A stretch of DNA of 64,000 bases from the NCBI GenBank assembly GCA_963822445.1, contig CAWGHO010000002.1, positions 608,001-672,000 of the forward strand. The letters run 5' to 3'. This DNA is from an uncultured Acidobacteriota bacterium. Lineage in GTDB: Bacteria > Acidobacteriota > Thermoanaerobaculia > Gp7-AA8. Positions 20,475 to 29,631 of the stretch are shown here, piece after piece (position 1 is the stretch's first letter; each line of letters begins with the position of its first letter). Under the pieces are notes generated by a model that ran no database searches, was not told the origin of the DNA, and saw only the letters and a program-made list of their open reading frames with translations. The translations under genes were made by a program, and so were the position numbers.

Positions 20475-21526
20475 CTGCGGTTCCGATCCAGTCCTTGCGC
20501 TCGCGCGAGGCGCCGCTGGCCAGCGCCGACGAGCAGCTGCGCCGTCTCGAATCGGTCGCGATCGACGGGGAATTCGAAGCCGCCATCGCCGGCGCGGGCT
20601 TCGACGGCCTCCGCCCCGCCGCCCTGGAGATCTTCCAGATCAACCTCGGCAAGTTGTGCAACATGACCTGCCGCCACTGTCACGTCGACGCGGGACCGGA
20701 CCGGTTCGACGCGATGATGAGCCGCGACACCGTGGAGGCATGCCTCCGCGCGCTCGATCAGACCACCGCGCATACGGTGGACCTGACCGGCGGCGCACCG
20801 GAGCTTCATCCAGAGTTCAAGTACCTGGTCGATGCTGCCGTCACCCGCGGCAAGCACGTCATCGATCGCTGCAATCTGTCCGTGCTCCTGCTTCAGCGCA
20901 ATCGCGGACTTGCCGAGTGGCTGGGCGATCGCGGCGTGGAGATCGTCGCGTCACTCCCCCACTATCGCCGCCGCAACACCGACGCCCAGCGCGGCGACGG
21001 TGCATTCGAGAAATCGATCGAGGCCTTGCGACTGCTCAACGCGGCCGGATACGGGCAGGGCGATCCGCGTCGCGTGCTGACGCTGATGAGCAATCCCGCG
21101 GGAGCGTTTCTCGCGGCGAGCCAGCACTCGATGGAATCGGAGTGGAAAGCGTCGCTCGAGCGCGACTTCGGCGTTCACTTCGATCGCCTGTTCGCGCTGA
21201 ACAACATGCCCATCTCCCGCTTCCTGGAGTGGCTGGTCGAGACGGACAACCTCGATCAGTACATGGCCCGCCTGACGAAGAGCTTCAACGGCGCCACCGT
21301 CGCCGGCCTGATGTGCCGCAACACGATCTCCATCTCCTGGGACGGCCGCCTCTTCGATTGCGACTTCAACCAGATGCTCGACCTCGACGCGCTGCCGAAC
21401 GACCAGGCCATGCGCGTCGAGGATTTCGATTTCACTGCCTGGCAGAGCCGCCGCGTGGTGACGAGGCGGCATTGCTTCGGATGTACCGCGGGCGCCGGTA
21501 GCTCGTGCGGTGGCGCGACGGCCTAG
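20471..21526 (+). CDS. arsS: Radical SAM protein, ArsS / DUF3641 family
   Basis: QINLGKLCNMTCRHCHVDAGP (CxxxCxxC), DLTGGAPE, MCRNTISISWDG..FDCDFNQML and C-terminal HCFGCTAGAGSSCGG; the GTG start overlaps the upstream TGA. Confidence 0.85.
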   Translation: MTAVPIQSLRSREAPLASADEQLRRLESVAIDGEFEAAIAGAGFDGLRPAALEIFQINLGKLCNMTCRHCHVDAGPDRFDAMMSRDTVEACLRALDQTTAHTVDLTGGAPELHPEFKYLVDAAVTRGKHVIDRCNLSVLLLQRNRGLAEWLGDRGVEIVASLPHYRRRNTDAQRGDGAFEKSIEALRLLNAAGYGQGDPRRVLTLMSNPAGAFLAASQHSMESEWKASLERDFGVHFDRLFALNNMPISRFLEWLVETDNLDQYMARLTKSFNGATVAGLMCRNTISISWDGRLFDCDFNQMLDLDALPNDQAMRVEDFDFTAWQSRRVVTRRHCFGCTAGAGSSCGGATA

Positions 21527-21532
21527 CGTCCG

Positions 21533-23146
21533 TCAGTCCACCCTCTTCCCCGGCAGCTCCATCCCGTTCTGGTGCAGCACAAGTCCGCTTCCGTCGGCGG
21601 CGAACACGATCGTCGCCTCGACAACTTTGTAGAAGAACTCCCGCTCGCTCTTCGCGAAGACTTCGAACTTCGGTTGTGCGGTCGCCTGAACGAAGAGGCG
21701 GTCCCCTTCGCGCGTCACCGTCAGCACGAACTCGGGCGCGAGCTGGTAGCGACCCGTGTAGCGATCGAGCAGCTTCGGATCGATCGCGACTTCCGTTGGT
21801 TCCTTGCGCGGCGGCGGTGGATCGGCGATCCGAGCAGCGCGCATGTCCCGTCCGTTCTGGTGCAGAACCAGACTCGATCCATCCTCGGCGAACGTGATCT
21901 GCGCGTCGACGACCTTGTAGAAAAACTCGCGCGCCGACTCGGGGTAGATCTCGACCTTCCCCTGACCGGTCACCTGCGCAAACAACTGCTCGCCGGTGCG
22001 GGTGACGATGATGTTGACGCCCGGCGCCAGCTCGTACACGCCCGCGTACTTGTCGAGCAGCGCCGCATCGACCTTCACTTCCTTCGGCGCCGGCTTCATG
22101 AGCGGTGATGCGGGATCGAGCAGGTGCCGGCCAATGTCGTTGACACCCGCATTCGTGGACGTATTCGACAGCACGACCACGCCGGTGCGGTTTTTCGGAT
22201 CGAAGGCCATGTACGAGCGATATCCGCCGGTTCCGCCGTTGTGCCAGACGATGTCGCGACCACCGGCCGTGGCGATGTGCCAGCCGAGGGCGATCTCGAG
22301 ATCGGGATTGCCGGTCGGCCGCCGGGCCGCGAGCATCGCCGCGAACGCTTTCGCGAGCGGCGATTTCGTGTAGCCGAGCGCGGCGCTGGTGAACTTCAGC
22401 ATGTCGTTGACCGTCGAGCGCAACGCGCCAGCACCGGCAAGAGTCGGTACGTCCCAGTTCGCGACCGGCTTCAGATTCTCGTCATGTCCCGCGACCAGCC
22501 GCGCTTGCAGCTCCTTCGACAAGGTGATGGCGGTGCTCTTCATCCCGAGCGGCTCGAGAATCCGCTTTCGCACGAGCGTCTCGTAATCCGTGCCCGCGCG
22601 GCGCGCCAGGGCGTGGCCGAGGAGGCCGGCGCCGAGATTCGAGTACTCGTACTTCTCGCCGGGCTCGCGCGCGGGCTTCACGGTCGACAGGAACTCGTGA
22701 AGCTGCGCCACGGTGTAGTCCGCGTACGGATTTGCAGGGTCGCGCGGGAGCAGGTTTCCCGGCAGCCGCGGCAGTCCGGAAGTATGCGTGGCCAGATGAG
22801 CGAGCGTGATCGCCTTCGGCAGCTTCACGCTTTCGGGCAGGTACTTCGCCACCGGATCGGTCAGCGCGACCGCTCCCCGCTCGACCATGTCCGCGAGCAG
22901 CAAGGCGGTGAAGACTTTCGTGATCGAGCCGATCTCGAAGAGCGTGTCGCCGTCGACCGCCGGCGCGCCGTACGAAACGACGCGGCTGCCGCTCGGCTCG
23001 ACGACGCCCACGACGAGGCCCGTGCTCTGGCGCTGCGCATCGACGCGATCGACGAGGATCTTCCGGATCTCGGCGTTGCTCAGAACCTGCGCGAACGAAA
23101 CCCGCGAGCAAACAGCTAAGACAAGAATCAATCCGAGACGTTTCAT
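21533..23146 (-). CDS. Serine hydrolase (class C beta-lactamase family) with two C-terminal DUF3471-like domains
   Basis: FEIGSITK (SxxK), YEYSN and HNGGTGG motifs; duplicated LLD.Y.G.Y.LAP domains; signal peptide. Confidence 0.88.
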   Translation of the reverse strand: MKRLGLILVLAVCSRVSFAQVLSNAEIRKILVDRVDAQRQSTGLVVGVVEPSGSRVVSYGAPAVDGDTLFEIGSITKVFTALLLADMVERGAVALTDPVAKYLPESVKLPKAITLAHLATHTSGLPRLPGNLLPRDPANPYADYTVAQLHEFLSTVKPAREPGEKYEYSNLGAGLLGHALARRAGTDYETLVRKRILEPLGMKSTAITLSKELQARLVAGHDENLKPVANWDVPTLAGAGALRSTVNDMLKFTSAALGYTKSPLAKAFAAMLAARRPTGNPDLEIALGWHIATAGGRDIVWHNGGTGGYRSYMAFDPKNRTGVVVLSNTSTNAGVNDIGRHLLDPASPLMKPAPKEVKVDAALLDKYAGVYELAPGVNIIVTRTGEQLFAQVTGQGKVEIYPESAREFFYKVVDAQITFAEDGSSLVLHQNGRDMRAARIADPPPPRKEPTEVAIDPKLLDRYTGRYQLAPEFVLTVTREGDRLFVQATAQPKFEVFAKSEREFFYKVVEATIVFAADGSGLVLHQNGMELPGKRVD

Positions 23147-23709
23147 GACGGCTCCTTCTGCATCCGATCGAGCTCGTCGATCTGCTGCTGGTACTTACGC
23201 GCCATCCAGAGATTCAGCGGAATCGCGGCGACACCGAGAATCAGAAAAGCGATTGTCTCGTAGCGGATCATCCGCGCCACCTCAGGATGCGCCTGCGCGA
23301 ATCCGAGGAAGAAGAGCAGGCCGCTGGGGATGAACAGCAGGAGCCGCGACCAGAACGTGCGGCCGCGATGAAAGTCCCGCTGCCGCGCCAGCTCGGTTCG
23401 CAGGTAATCGACCGATTGCGTCTCGCCCATCGCGCTCGCCGGCGGCTTTTTCATCGCGTTCTGCTGGATCTGCCGGGCCATGTAGGCGAGCGCACCGATG
23501 GTCAGCACCGCGCCGAGGCGCTGGAGAAGATTGTTCGAGACGATTGCCCACAAACTGAGAAACGCGATCATCGAGGCGCAGACGACGTAGCCGCCGCGCG
23601 TCCTCATTTGAAGTTTCTTTTCCATCTGTTCCGTCCTTCGCCGGATCTCCTCCGGCCTCATCTGAAATCCTTCGGCGCGCTGGCTCTGCCAGAGGTCAAG
23701 CACGTCCAT
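23143..23709 (-). CDS. Membrane protein, probable anti-sigma factor
   Basis: Four hydrophobic segments; LWQSQ N-terminus; overlaps the ECF gene upstream and the hydrolase gene downstream. Confidence 0.7.
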   Translation of the reverse strand: MDVLDLWQSQRAEGFQMRPEEIRRRTEQMEKKLQMRTRGGYVVCASMIAFLSLWAIVSNNLLQRLGAVLTIGALAYMARQIQQNAMKKPPASAMGETQSVDYLRTELARQRDFHRGRTFWSRLLLFIPSGLLFFLGFAQAHPEVARMIRYETIAFLILGVAAIPLNLWMARKYQQQIDELDRMQKEPS

Positions 23710-24220
23710 CGCGTCCTCCCTGTCTGAATCGGGTTGCGAGAATCTTCTTGATGCGATGAATCTTCGTGGCCGCGTTGCCGGGCGAGATTCCGGTGATCTC
23801 GCCGATTGCCGCCGCGTCCATTCCTTCGAGATAGAGCAGGATGACTTCGCGCTCGAGCGGCGCCAGTTGCTGGATCAGCCCATACAGCTGCTCGAGAGTC
23901 TTCTGCCGATCGACATCCGCCTCGGTATCGCTGCTTCCGGGCAGACTCTCGATCTCGTCGAGACTGACATGCGGCCGCATGCCCGCCCGCCGGTGCCTGA
24001 CCACATGCGAGGCCGCAACGTTGTGCGCGACGCGATAGACCCAGGTCCGCAGCGAGCAGCGCCCGTCAAATCCTTCGAAGCTTCGCCACAAAGCGAGGTG
24101 GATCTCCTGCAGAAGATCCTGCCGCTTCGCGGGGTCGGCTTCGTACGACCGGGCCAGCCGTTCGAGCGGTGCGCCGAGCTCGGCGGCGGCCCGGGCGTAG
24201 AGGTCGTCACGAGGCATCAC
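23696..24220 (-). CDS. ECF RNA polymerase sigma factor
   Basis: DLLQEI…FDGRCSLRTWVYRVAHN (region 2) and LYLEG…IGEITGIS…KIHRIK (region 4). Confidence 0.9.
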   Translation of the reverse strand: MMPRDDLYARAAAELGAPLERLARSYEADPAKRQDLLQEIHLALWRSFEGFDGRCSLRTWVYRVAHNVAASHVVRHRRAGMRPHVSLDEIESLPGSSDTEADVDRQKTLEQLYGLIQQLAPLEREVILLYLEGMDAAAIGEITGISPGNAATKIHRIKKILATRFRQGGRDGRA

Positions 24221-24224
24221 GGAG

Positions 24225-24253
24225 ATAGTCGTTCAGCGGCGCGGTTTCTTACA
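24225..24253 (-). promoter_or_regulatory. Putative autoregulated ECF promoter (leaderless)
   Basis: Minus strand TGTAAG-N16-CGACTAT ends a few nt before the sigma start codon. Confidence 0.4.
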
Positions 24254-24293
24254 CAGCCTCATCCGTGCATTCGTCTTGCAGCACGCCGCCGCG

Positions 24294-25499
24294 GTGACCA
24301 TCACTTGCGCTGATTGCGGGGAGATGCAGACCGTGCCGGAGCTTCCTCCCGGAGGAACTGCGGAATGCCATCGCTGTGACCGCCTCCTCGGACGCCGCCG
24401 CTTCGCCAGCATCGATGTCAGCCTGGCCTGCGCGGTAGCGATGTTCCTCCTCATCCCGCCGGGCGCGTTCATGCCGCTGATGGACTCGACCATCAAGAAC
24501 CTCGTTTTCGAAGAGAGCAAGCTCGTGTCGAGCGTCGGCGTGATCTATCAGGAAGTCTGGTTCCCGTTCGCCTTCGGCTTCCTCTTCTTCGCGTTCCTCT
24601 TCCCGGCGTTCCGCGCGCTCTTTCAGATCCTCGTCCTCGGCTCGATCAAGTGGGGCTGGAGGATCTGGCAGCGCGGGCGGATCTTCCGCTGGAGCGAAGA
24701 GCTGCGGGCCTGGAGCATGACCGACGTCGTGGTCATCGCCGGCGTGATCGCGTACTACCGCGCGGCCGTTCCCGCCGACGTAGAGATCCGCGTCGGCGCG
24801 TGGTGCTATCTCGGGGTCGCGATCCTTGCGTACGTCGGCGACCGCGCCCTCGACCGGCGTGCGATCTGGAACGCGATCCTTCCTGACCTGCGCACGTATC
24901 CCGGTCGCCATGTCGCTTCGTGCGACGTCTGCGAGATCGCGGTGGCCGAGCGGCGCTCGGGCGATCCCTGCCCGCGCTGCGGCAGCAGGCTCGATCGCAA
25001 CATCCTGCCGCGCTTCGCACCGGCGCTCGGCGCCGTCGCCGCCGCAATCCCGCTGTGCCTTCCCGCGTACGCCGCGTCGGTCATGATCAACGACCAGCTC
25101 ACCGGCGTTCTCGAGCACACCGTCATCGGCACCGTGCAACTCCTCGCCGACCAGGGCTACTGGCAGTTCGGCGTGGTCGTGCTGGTCGCGGGCATCGCCA
25201 TTCCGACGGTCGTCCTTCTCTGTCTGATCTGGCTCCTGGCGCGGGTCCGCTTTCCGAACAAGAAAGGGCTGGTCATCCGCACGCGCGTGTATCGAACCAT
25301 CAAGCGGCTCGTGCGCTGGCCGATGGTCATCCCCTTCATCGCCGCCATCGCCGCGCCGATCATCGACTTCCGCGGCATCGACGACATCGTGGCGGGCCCG
25401 GGCGCCACTCCGCTGTTCATGCTCATCGCACTGCTGATCCTGGCCGTGCGGATGTTCGAGCCGAGGCTGATGTGGAAGACGGCAGGGGAAGCTCCATGA
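24294..25499 (+). CDS. pqiA: Paraquat-inducible protein A (two PqiA domains)
   Basis: CADC…CHRC and CDVC…CPRC zinc-ribbon motifs, WSMTDV motif and multiple TM segments. Start uncertain (GTG 24294 or TTG 24276). Confidence 0.85.
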   Translation: MTITCADCGEMQTVPELPPGGTAECHRCDRLLGRRRFASIDVSLACAVAMFLLIPPGAFMPLMDSTIKNLVFEESKLVSSVGVIYQEVWFPFAFGFLFFAFLFPAFRALFQILVLGSIKWGWRIWQRGRIFRWSEELRAWSMTDVVVIAGVIAYYRAAVPADVEIRVGAWCYLGVAILAYVGDRALDRRAIWNAILPDLRTYPGRHVASCDVCEIAVAERRSGDPCPRCGSRLDRNILPRFAPALGAVAAAIPLCLPAYAASVMINDQLTGVLEHTVIGTVQLLADQGYWQFGVVVLVAGIAIPTVVLLCLIWLLARVRFPNKKGLVIRTRVYRTIKRLVRWPMVIPFIAAIAAPIIDFRGIDDIVAGPGATPLFMLIALLILAVRMFEPRLMWKTAGEAP

Positions 25500-27172
25500 G
25501 CGAATACGACGACATCGAAGATCGCAGGCACGAAGAGCATCCCGAGGCGAAGGTTCACGTCGCGAAGTGGAATCCGCTGGTCTGGGTCATCCCCGTGCTG
25601 GCGATTTTTTTCGTCGGCTATCTGATCGTCCGCTACGGCTTCTTCGGCGGCGGCGACGTCACCGTGAAGTTCGCCGAAGCCCGCGGCCTCGATCGATACA
25701 GCCCGGTGCGATTCCGCGGCGCGAAAGTCGGCACGGTCCAGAAGATCACCGTCGACGAAGAGCTCTCCGCGGTGATCGTGCGCATCTCCATGGATGCCAC
25801 GATGAATCACGCGCTGAAGAAAGGCACGCGATTCTGGATCGTGGAGCCGGGCATCGACGGCGGCGGCCTCGGTGGCCTGTTGTCCGGAACCTACGTCGGC
25901 ATCGCGCCTGGTGAAGGCGAAGAAACGCGCGAGTTCATGGGGCAGGAGTACCCGCCCGTCCTCGGCGCGCCGGAGGCTGGCAAGACGTTCATTCTCGAAG
26001 GGGAAGGCGCCGGCTCGATCGCCATCGGCTCGCCCGTGCAATTCAACGGCATCCGCGTCGGCCGCATCCTCGGCGCCGAATACGATCCGAAGCGCGGCGT
26101 GACTTCCGTTCACGCGTTCGTCGTGCAGCGCTTCGCTCATCACGTGCGGCAGAGCACGCGCTGGTGGCGCGGCGGCGGACTCGATATCTCGCTGACGGGC
26201 GGCGGCGTTTCGATGGGAGCGGGCGGACTTACGTCGCTGCTCAATTCGCCGATCTCGTTCTACACACCCGAGGTGCTGGCCGGGCCGGAGGTTGCCGAGC
26301 GAACTCGCTTCGACCTGCACGGATCGCAGGCAGCCGCGATCGCGGCCGCGGATGGGCCGCACGTCGTCTATCTCACCTACTTCCCCGGACCGATTCGCGG
26401 TCTGACGCCGGGCACGCCGGTGCAGATGAAAGGCGTACAGGTCGGCCGCGTACGCGAAGTGCGCCTGCGGTACATCCCGCAGCGCGCCGTGCTGGAAACG
26501 CCTGTGACGCTGGAGGTCGATCCGCGGAAGCTGGAGTTCCCCATCACCGCGAGCACCACCCGCGAAGACGTGCGGCGGATGATGGACGACGCGCTGGCGG
26601 CGCTCGTGCGCAAAGGAATGCGCGCGACGCTGGCGACGAGTCTTGTGCTTCCGGGCGCGAGCGCGGTGTCGCTCGAGACCGTGGCCGCGCCGAACACGGG
26701 CCGGCTCGTCGTCGAGAACAATCCGCCGATCATTCCGGCTGCCGCGGGCGACAACGGATTGAACAACGCCATGACCGCGATCACGGACGTCGCCAACACC
26801 ATCCGCAGCCTGCCCCTGCGCGAGATCGCCTCGAACATCCGCAGCACGACCTCCCGGCTCGACGCGCTGGTTGGTGACCCCGCGCTCAAGGAGAGTCTGC
26901 AGCGCCTGAATTCGTCGATGGCGGAGATCGAGAAAGTCGCCGCGACTGCCGGACGCAATGTCGGACCGCTGACCGAAAGCATGCGCAATGCGGCGGCAGC
27001 GGCCGAAGCGGCGGCGAAGAGAGCGGAGCAGTTGATGGGGACTTCGCAGAAACAGAACTACGACGTCGCCGAGTTGATCCGCGAGCTCACGCGCGCCGCG
27101 GAAGCCGTGCGCGCGCTGGCGTCGTATCTCACCGAGAATCCGGACTCGCTGATCAAGGGGAGGCGCGAATGA
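25496..27172 (+). CDS. pqiB: PqiB-like MCE/MlaD-domain intermembrane transport protein
   Basis: Start MSEYDD with ATGA overlap; N-terminal TM; three MCE motifs (SPVRFRGAKVG, SPVQFNGIRVG, TPVQMKGVQVG); helical tail ending ENPDSLIKGR. Confidence 0.88.
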   Translation: MSEYDDIEDRRHEEHPEAKVHVAKWNPLVWVIPVLAIFFVGYLIVRYGFFGGGDVTVKFAEARGLDRYSPVRFRGAKVGTVQKITVDEELSAVIVRISMDATMNHALKKGTRFWIVEPGIDGGGLGGLLSGTYVGIAPGEGEETREFMGQEYPPVLGAPEAGKTFILEGEGAGSIAIGSPVQFNGIRVGRILGAEYDPKRGVTSVHAFVVQRFAHHVRQSTRWWRGGGLDISLTGGGVSMGAGGLTSLLNSPISFYTPEVLAGPEVAERTRFDLHGSQAAAIAAADGPHVVYLTYFPGPIRGLTPGTPVQMKGVQVGRVREVRLRYIPQRAVLETPVTLEVDPRKLEFPITASTTREDVRRMMDDALAALVRKGMRATLATSLVLPGASAVSLETVAAPNTGRLVVENNPPIIPAAAGDNGLNNAMTAITDVANTIRSLPLREIASNIRSTTSRLDALVGDPALKESLQRLNSSMAEIEKVAATAGRNVGPLTESMRNAAAAAEAAAKRAEQLMGTSQKQNYDVAELIRELTRAAEAVRALASYLTENPDSLIKGRRE

Positions 27173-27726
27173 ACCGCCGCGCGTTGATACTCGTTCTGCT
27201 CATTGCCGGCTGCGGGTTTCTCAAGCGCCCGCCGAATCAGTTCTATTCGCTGGACACGGTTGCGCCGGCCGCGCCGCTGGCGACCATCGGCGGCGTTCCC
27301 GTCGGCATCGACGGCATCGAGCTCCCCCCCGGTTTCGATCGCCGCGGCATCGTCGTGCGCGGCGCCGATCACAAGTTCGAAGTGCGCGGAACGCATCAGT
27401 GGGCGTCGTCGCTCGAAGAGATGGTCATTCACACGCTGGCGTTCGATCTCGCCGCGAGATTGCCCGACGGGATGGTCGTGCTGCCCGGCCAGGCCAAGCC
27501 CGCGGCCATGCGCTCGCTGTACGTGACGTTCGAGGATCTCGCGCCCGGTCCTGACGGCGTCTTCGTGCTCGACGCGCGCTGGACGCTCACCGGGACGGGC
27601 GTGCCGGAGATGGTCGGCCACGAGCGCATCACCGTGAACACGGCGATGGAGAGCCCGGCCATCGCCGCGGCAATGAGTCAGGCGCTGGGGATGCTCGCGG
27701 ATCGGGTGGTGGCGAAGCTCCGTTAG
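27169..27726 (+). CDS. pqiC: PqiC-like ABC transport auxiliary lipoprotein
   Basis: Lipobox LIAGC; DR..IV…WA..L motifs; ATGA overlap with pqiB. Confidence 0.85.
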   Translation: MNRRALILVLLIAGCGFLKRPPNQFYSLDTVAPAAPLATIGGVPVGIDGIELPPGFDRRGIVVRGADHKFEVRGTHQWASSLEEMVIHTLAFDLAARLPDGMVVLPGQAKPAAMRSLYVTFEDLAPGPDGVFVLDARWTLTGTGVPEMVGHERITVNTAMESPAIAAAMSQALGMLADRVVAKLR

Positions 27727-27734
27727 ACTGCCCC

Positions 27735-28316
27735 ATGGGCAAACGCATTCCGGAAGTCGACGCGTACATCGCCAAGGCCGCACCGTTCGCGCAACCGATC
27801 CTCGAAAAAATCCGCGACGCGTTTCACGCGGCCAGCCCCGAGATCGAAGAAACGATGAAGTGGAGCGCCCCGTTCTTCGACTACAAAGGTGTCCTCGGCA
27901 ACATGGCCGCGTTCAAGAACCACGTGGCCTGGGGATTCTGGAAAGCGCAGCTCATGAAGGACGGCGGCTCGATCCGCGGATTGCGCGCGACCGGCGTCAA
28001 GGATCTGCCCTCGAAGAAGGACATGGTCGAACTGATCCGGGAAGCGATGCGGCTCAACGATGAAGGCGCGAAAGTCGAGCGCGCGCCGTCCACACGCTCG
28101 GCGAAACCGCTCGAGGTCCCGGACGATCTCGCCGCCGCGCTCAAGAAGGACAAGAAGGCCAGGACCACGTTCGACAACTTTTCTCCCAGCCAGAAGCGCG
28201 AGTACGTGGAGTGGCTCGACGACGCCAAGCAGGACGCGACGCGCCAGAAGCGTCTGGCCACGGCCATGGAGTGGATGGCCGAGGGGAAATCGCGTCACTG
28301 GAAGTACAAGAAATAA
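27735..28316 (+). CDS. YdeI/OmpD-associated family protein (DUF1801 + OmdA-like)
   Basis: VDAYIAKA.PFAQPIL…EETMKWSAP; C-terminal VPDDL…FSPSQKREYVEW..AK..TR.KR. Confidence 0.85.
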   Translation: MGKRIPEVDAYIAKAAPFAQPILEKIRDAFHAASPEIEETMKWSAPFFDYKGVLGNMAAFKNHVAWGFWKAQLMKDGGSIRGLRATGVKDLPSKKDMVELIREAMRLNDEGAKVERAPSTRSAKPLEVPDDLAAALKKDKKARTTFDNFSPSQKREYVEWLDDAKQDATRQKRLATAMEWMAEGKSRHWKYKK

Positions 28317-28349
28317 CCTTGGTTCGCCGTATGCACGAGCCGGGCTCTC

Positions 28350-29591
28350 GTGCGGCGCTTTTCACTCATCGGCGCGCTTCTGATCGCCGCCGCGGCAAAC
28401 GCGGACGTCCTGCGAATCCTCGACGACCCCACCGACGCCGCGCAGGCCCGCGTCGACGTCATCCAGCAGGCCCGCCGCGAGATCAACGCCCTCTACTTTC
28501 TCGCCCGCAATGACCGGGTGACCATGACCGCGCTGGCGCTGCTCCGCGACGCCCAGCGCAAGGGAGTCGTGAGCCGGCTGGTCGTCGACGCGCACTTTCA
28601 CCACATCCCCAAGTCGATGCTCGCGCACCTGCGCGACGAAGGCGTGGAGGTGAAGGTCTATCACCCGCTCACGCTCCGCCATCCGAGCTGGATCGTGCGG
28701 CGCATGCACGAGAAGCTGGTCGTGGTCGACGGCGAGCGGTACATCACCGGCGGGCGCAATCTGGCCGAGGCGTACTTCGGATTGGCGAAGAAGAACTACG
28801 CCGATCGCGATGTGTATGTCGAAGGGGAATCCGCCGTCACTGCCGATGCGCACTTCGAAGAGTTGTGGACGAGTAAGCACGTGGCGAAGCTTCGCGTACG
28901 CGTCTCCGCAAAAGAGCGCAAGCGCGCGGCAGCGATTCTCGACGGCGTGATGGAGGAGCTGCGCCGCGGCGAGTCGTTCGTTCAGATCGATACGGGCAAC
29001 GACTGGACGCGCGACGCGATCCGCGCCACGAACGTCCGCTTCCTCCACGATCCGGTCGGCGACGGCGTGCGCGTAGGCCCGCGCGTCGCGGAGATTCTGG
29101 AGAGCGCGACGAAGTCGATCGTCATCGAGTCGCCGTACCTCGTCCCCTCCCGCCCGATGCGCGCATTGCTCGAGCGCAAACGCGCGGAAGGTGTGCAGGT
29201 GCAGATCGTGACGAACTCACTGCGCTCGACGGACGGCTTGCTTCCGTACGCCGGCTACCTGAAATACGGGCGGCGGCTCGTTCGCGCCGGAGTGGACATC
29301 CGCGAGTACAAAGGCCCGGACATGCTGCACGCGAAGAGCGCCGTCATCGACGGACGCATCGTGCTGATCGGCTCGTACAACCTCGACCCGCGCTCGCATT
29401 ACCTCGACCTCGAGGCGATCTGCGTCGCCGAGGATGAAGAGCTCGCGCGGAAGCTGCTGACCGCGATTCAGGGACATGTGGAGAACGCCTGGAAAGTGGA
29501 TCTGCGTCACGCGCCGCGGGTGCCGAGGGCAACGTCGCTGAGCCTGGGGGCGATGAGGTTGATTCTGCCGTTGGTCGAGGGGCAACTGTGA
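28350..29591 (+). CDS. Phospholipase D family protein (cardiolipin synthase ClsC-like), exported
   Basis: Two HKD motifs (RMHEKLVVVDG…GGRN and LHAKSAVIDG…GSYNLDPRS); signal peptide. Confidence 0.88.
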   Translation: MRRFSLIGALLIAAAANADVLRILDDPTDAAQARVDVIQQARREINALYFLARNDRVTMTALALLRDAQRKGVVSRLVVDAHFHHIPKSMLAHLRDEGVEVKVYHPLTLRHPSWIVRRMHEKLVVVDGERYITGGRNLAEAYFGLAKKNYADRDVYVEGESAVTADAHFEELWTSKHVAKLRVRVSAKERKRAAAILDGVMEELRRGESFVQIDTGNDWTRDAIRATNVRFLHDPVGDGVRVGPRVAEILESATKSIVIESPYLVPSRPMRALLERKRAEGVQVQIVTNSLRSTDGLLPYAGYLKYGRRLVRAGVDIREYKGPDMLHAKSAVIDGRIVLIGSYNLDPRSHYLDLEAICVAEDEELARKLLTAIQGHVENAWKVDLRHAPRVPRATSLSLGAMRLILPLVEGQL

Positions 29592-29631
29592 CGAGGTACT
29601 TCCTCGTACCTCGTCACTCGTAGCTCGTTGC
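29588..29631. repeat. Heptamer-repeat hairpin (CTCGTNN)n between convergent genes; probable terminator
   Basis: gtgacgaggtac-ttcctc-gtacctcgtcac is a perfect 12-bp stem; the repeats read ctcgtac ctcgtca ctcgtag ctcgttg. Confidence 0.7.

Noticed and set aside
21490-21526. Possible selenocysteine in the ArsS C-terminal GSS(C/U)GG motif
   Set aside because: The codon is TGC (Cys) and the ORF ends at TAG; no recoding is needed.
24920-25495. N-terminal extension of the 750-aa PqiB ORF, and likewise of ORFs 59744..63796, 34467..37289, 31697..32731 and 41988..44126
   Set aside because: The extensions overlap neighbouring real genes or repeats; downstream starts with coupling, RBS or signal peptides fit better.
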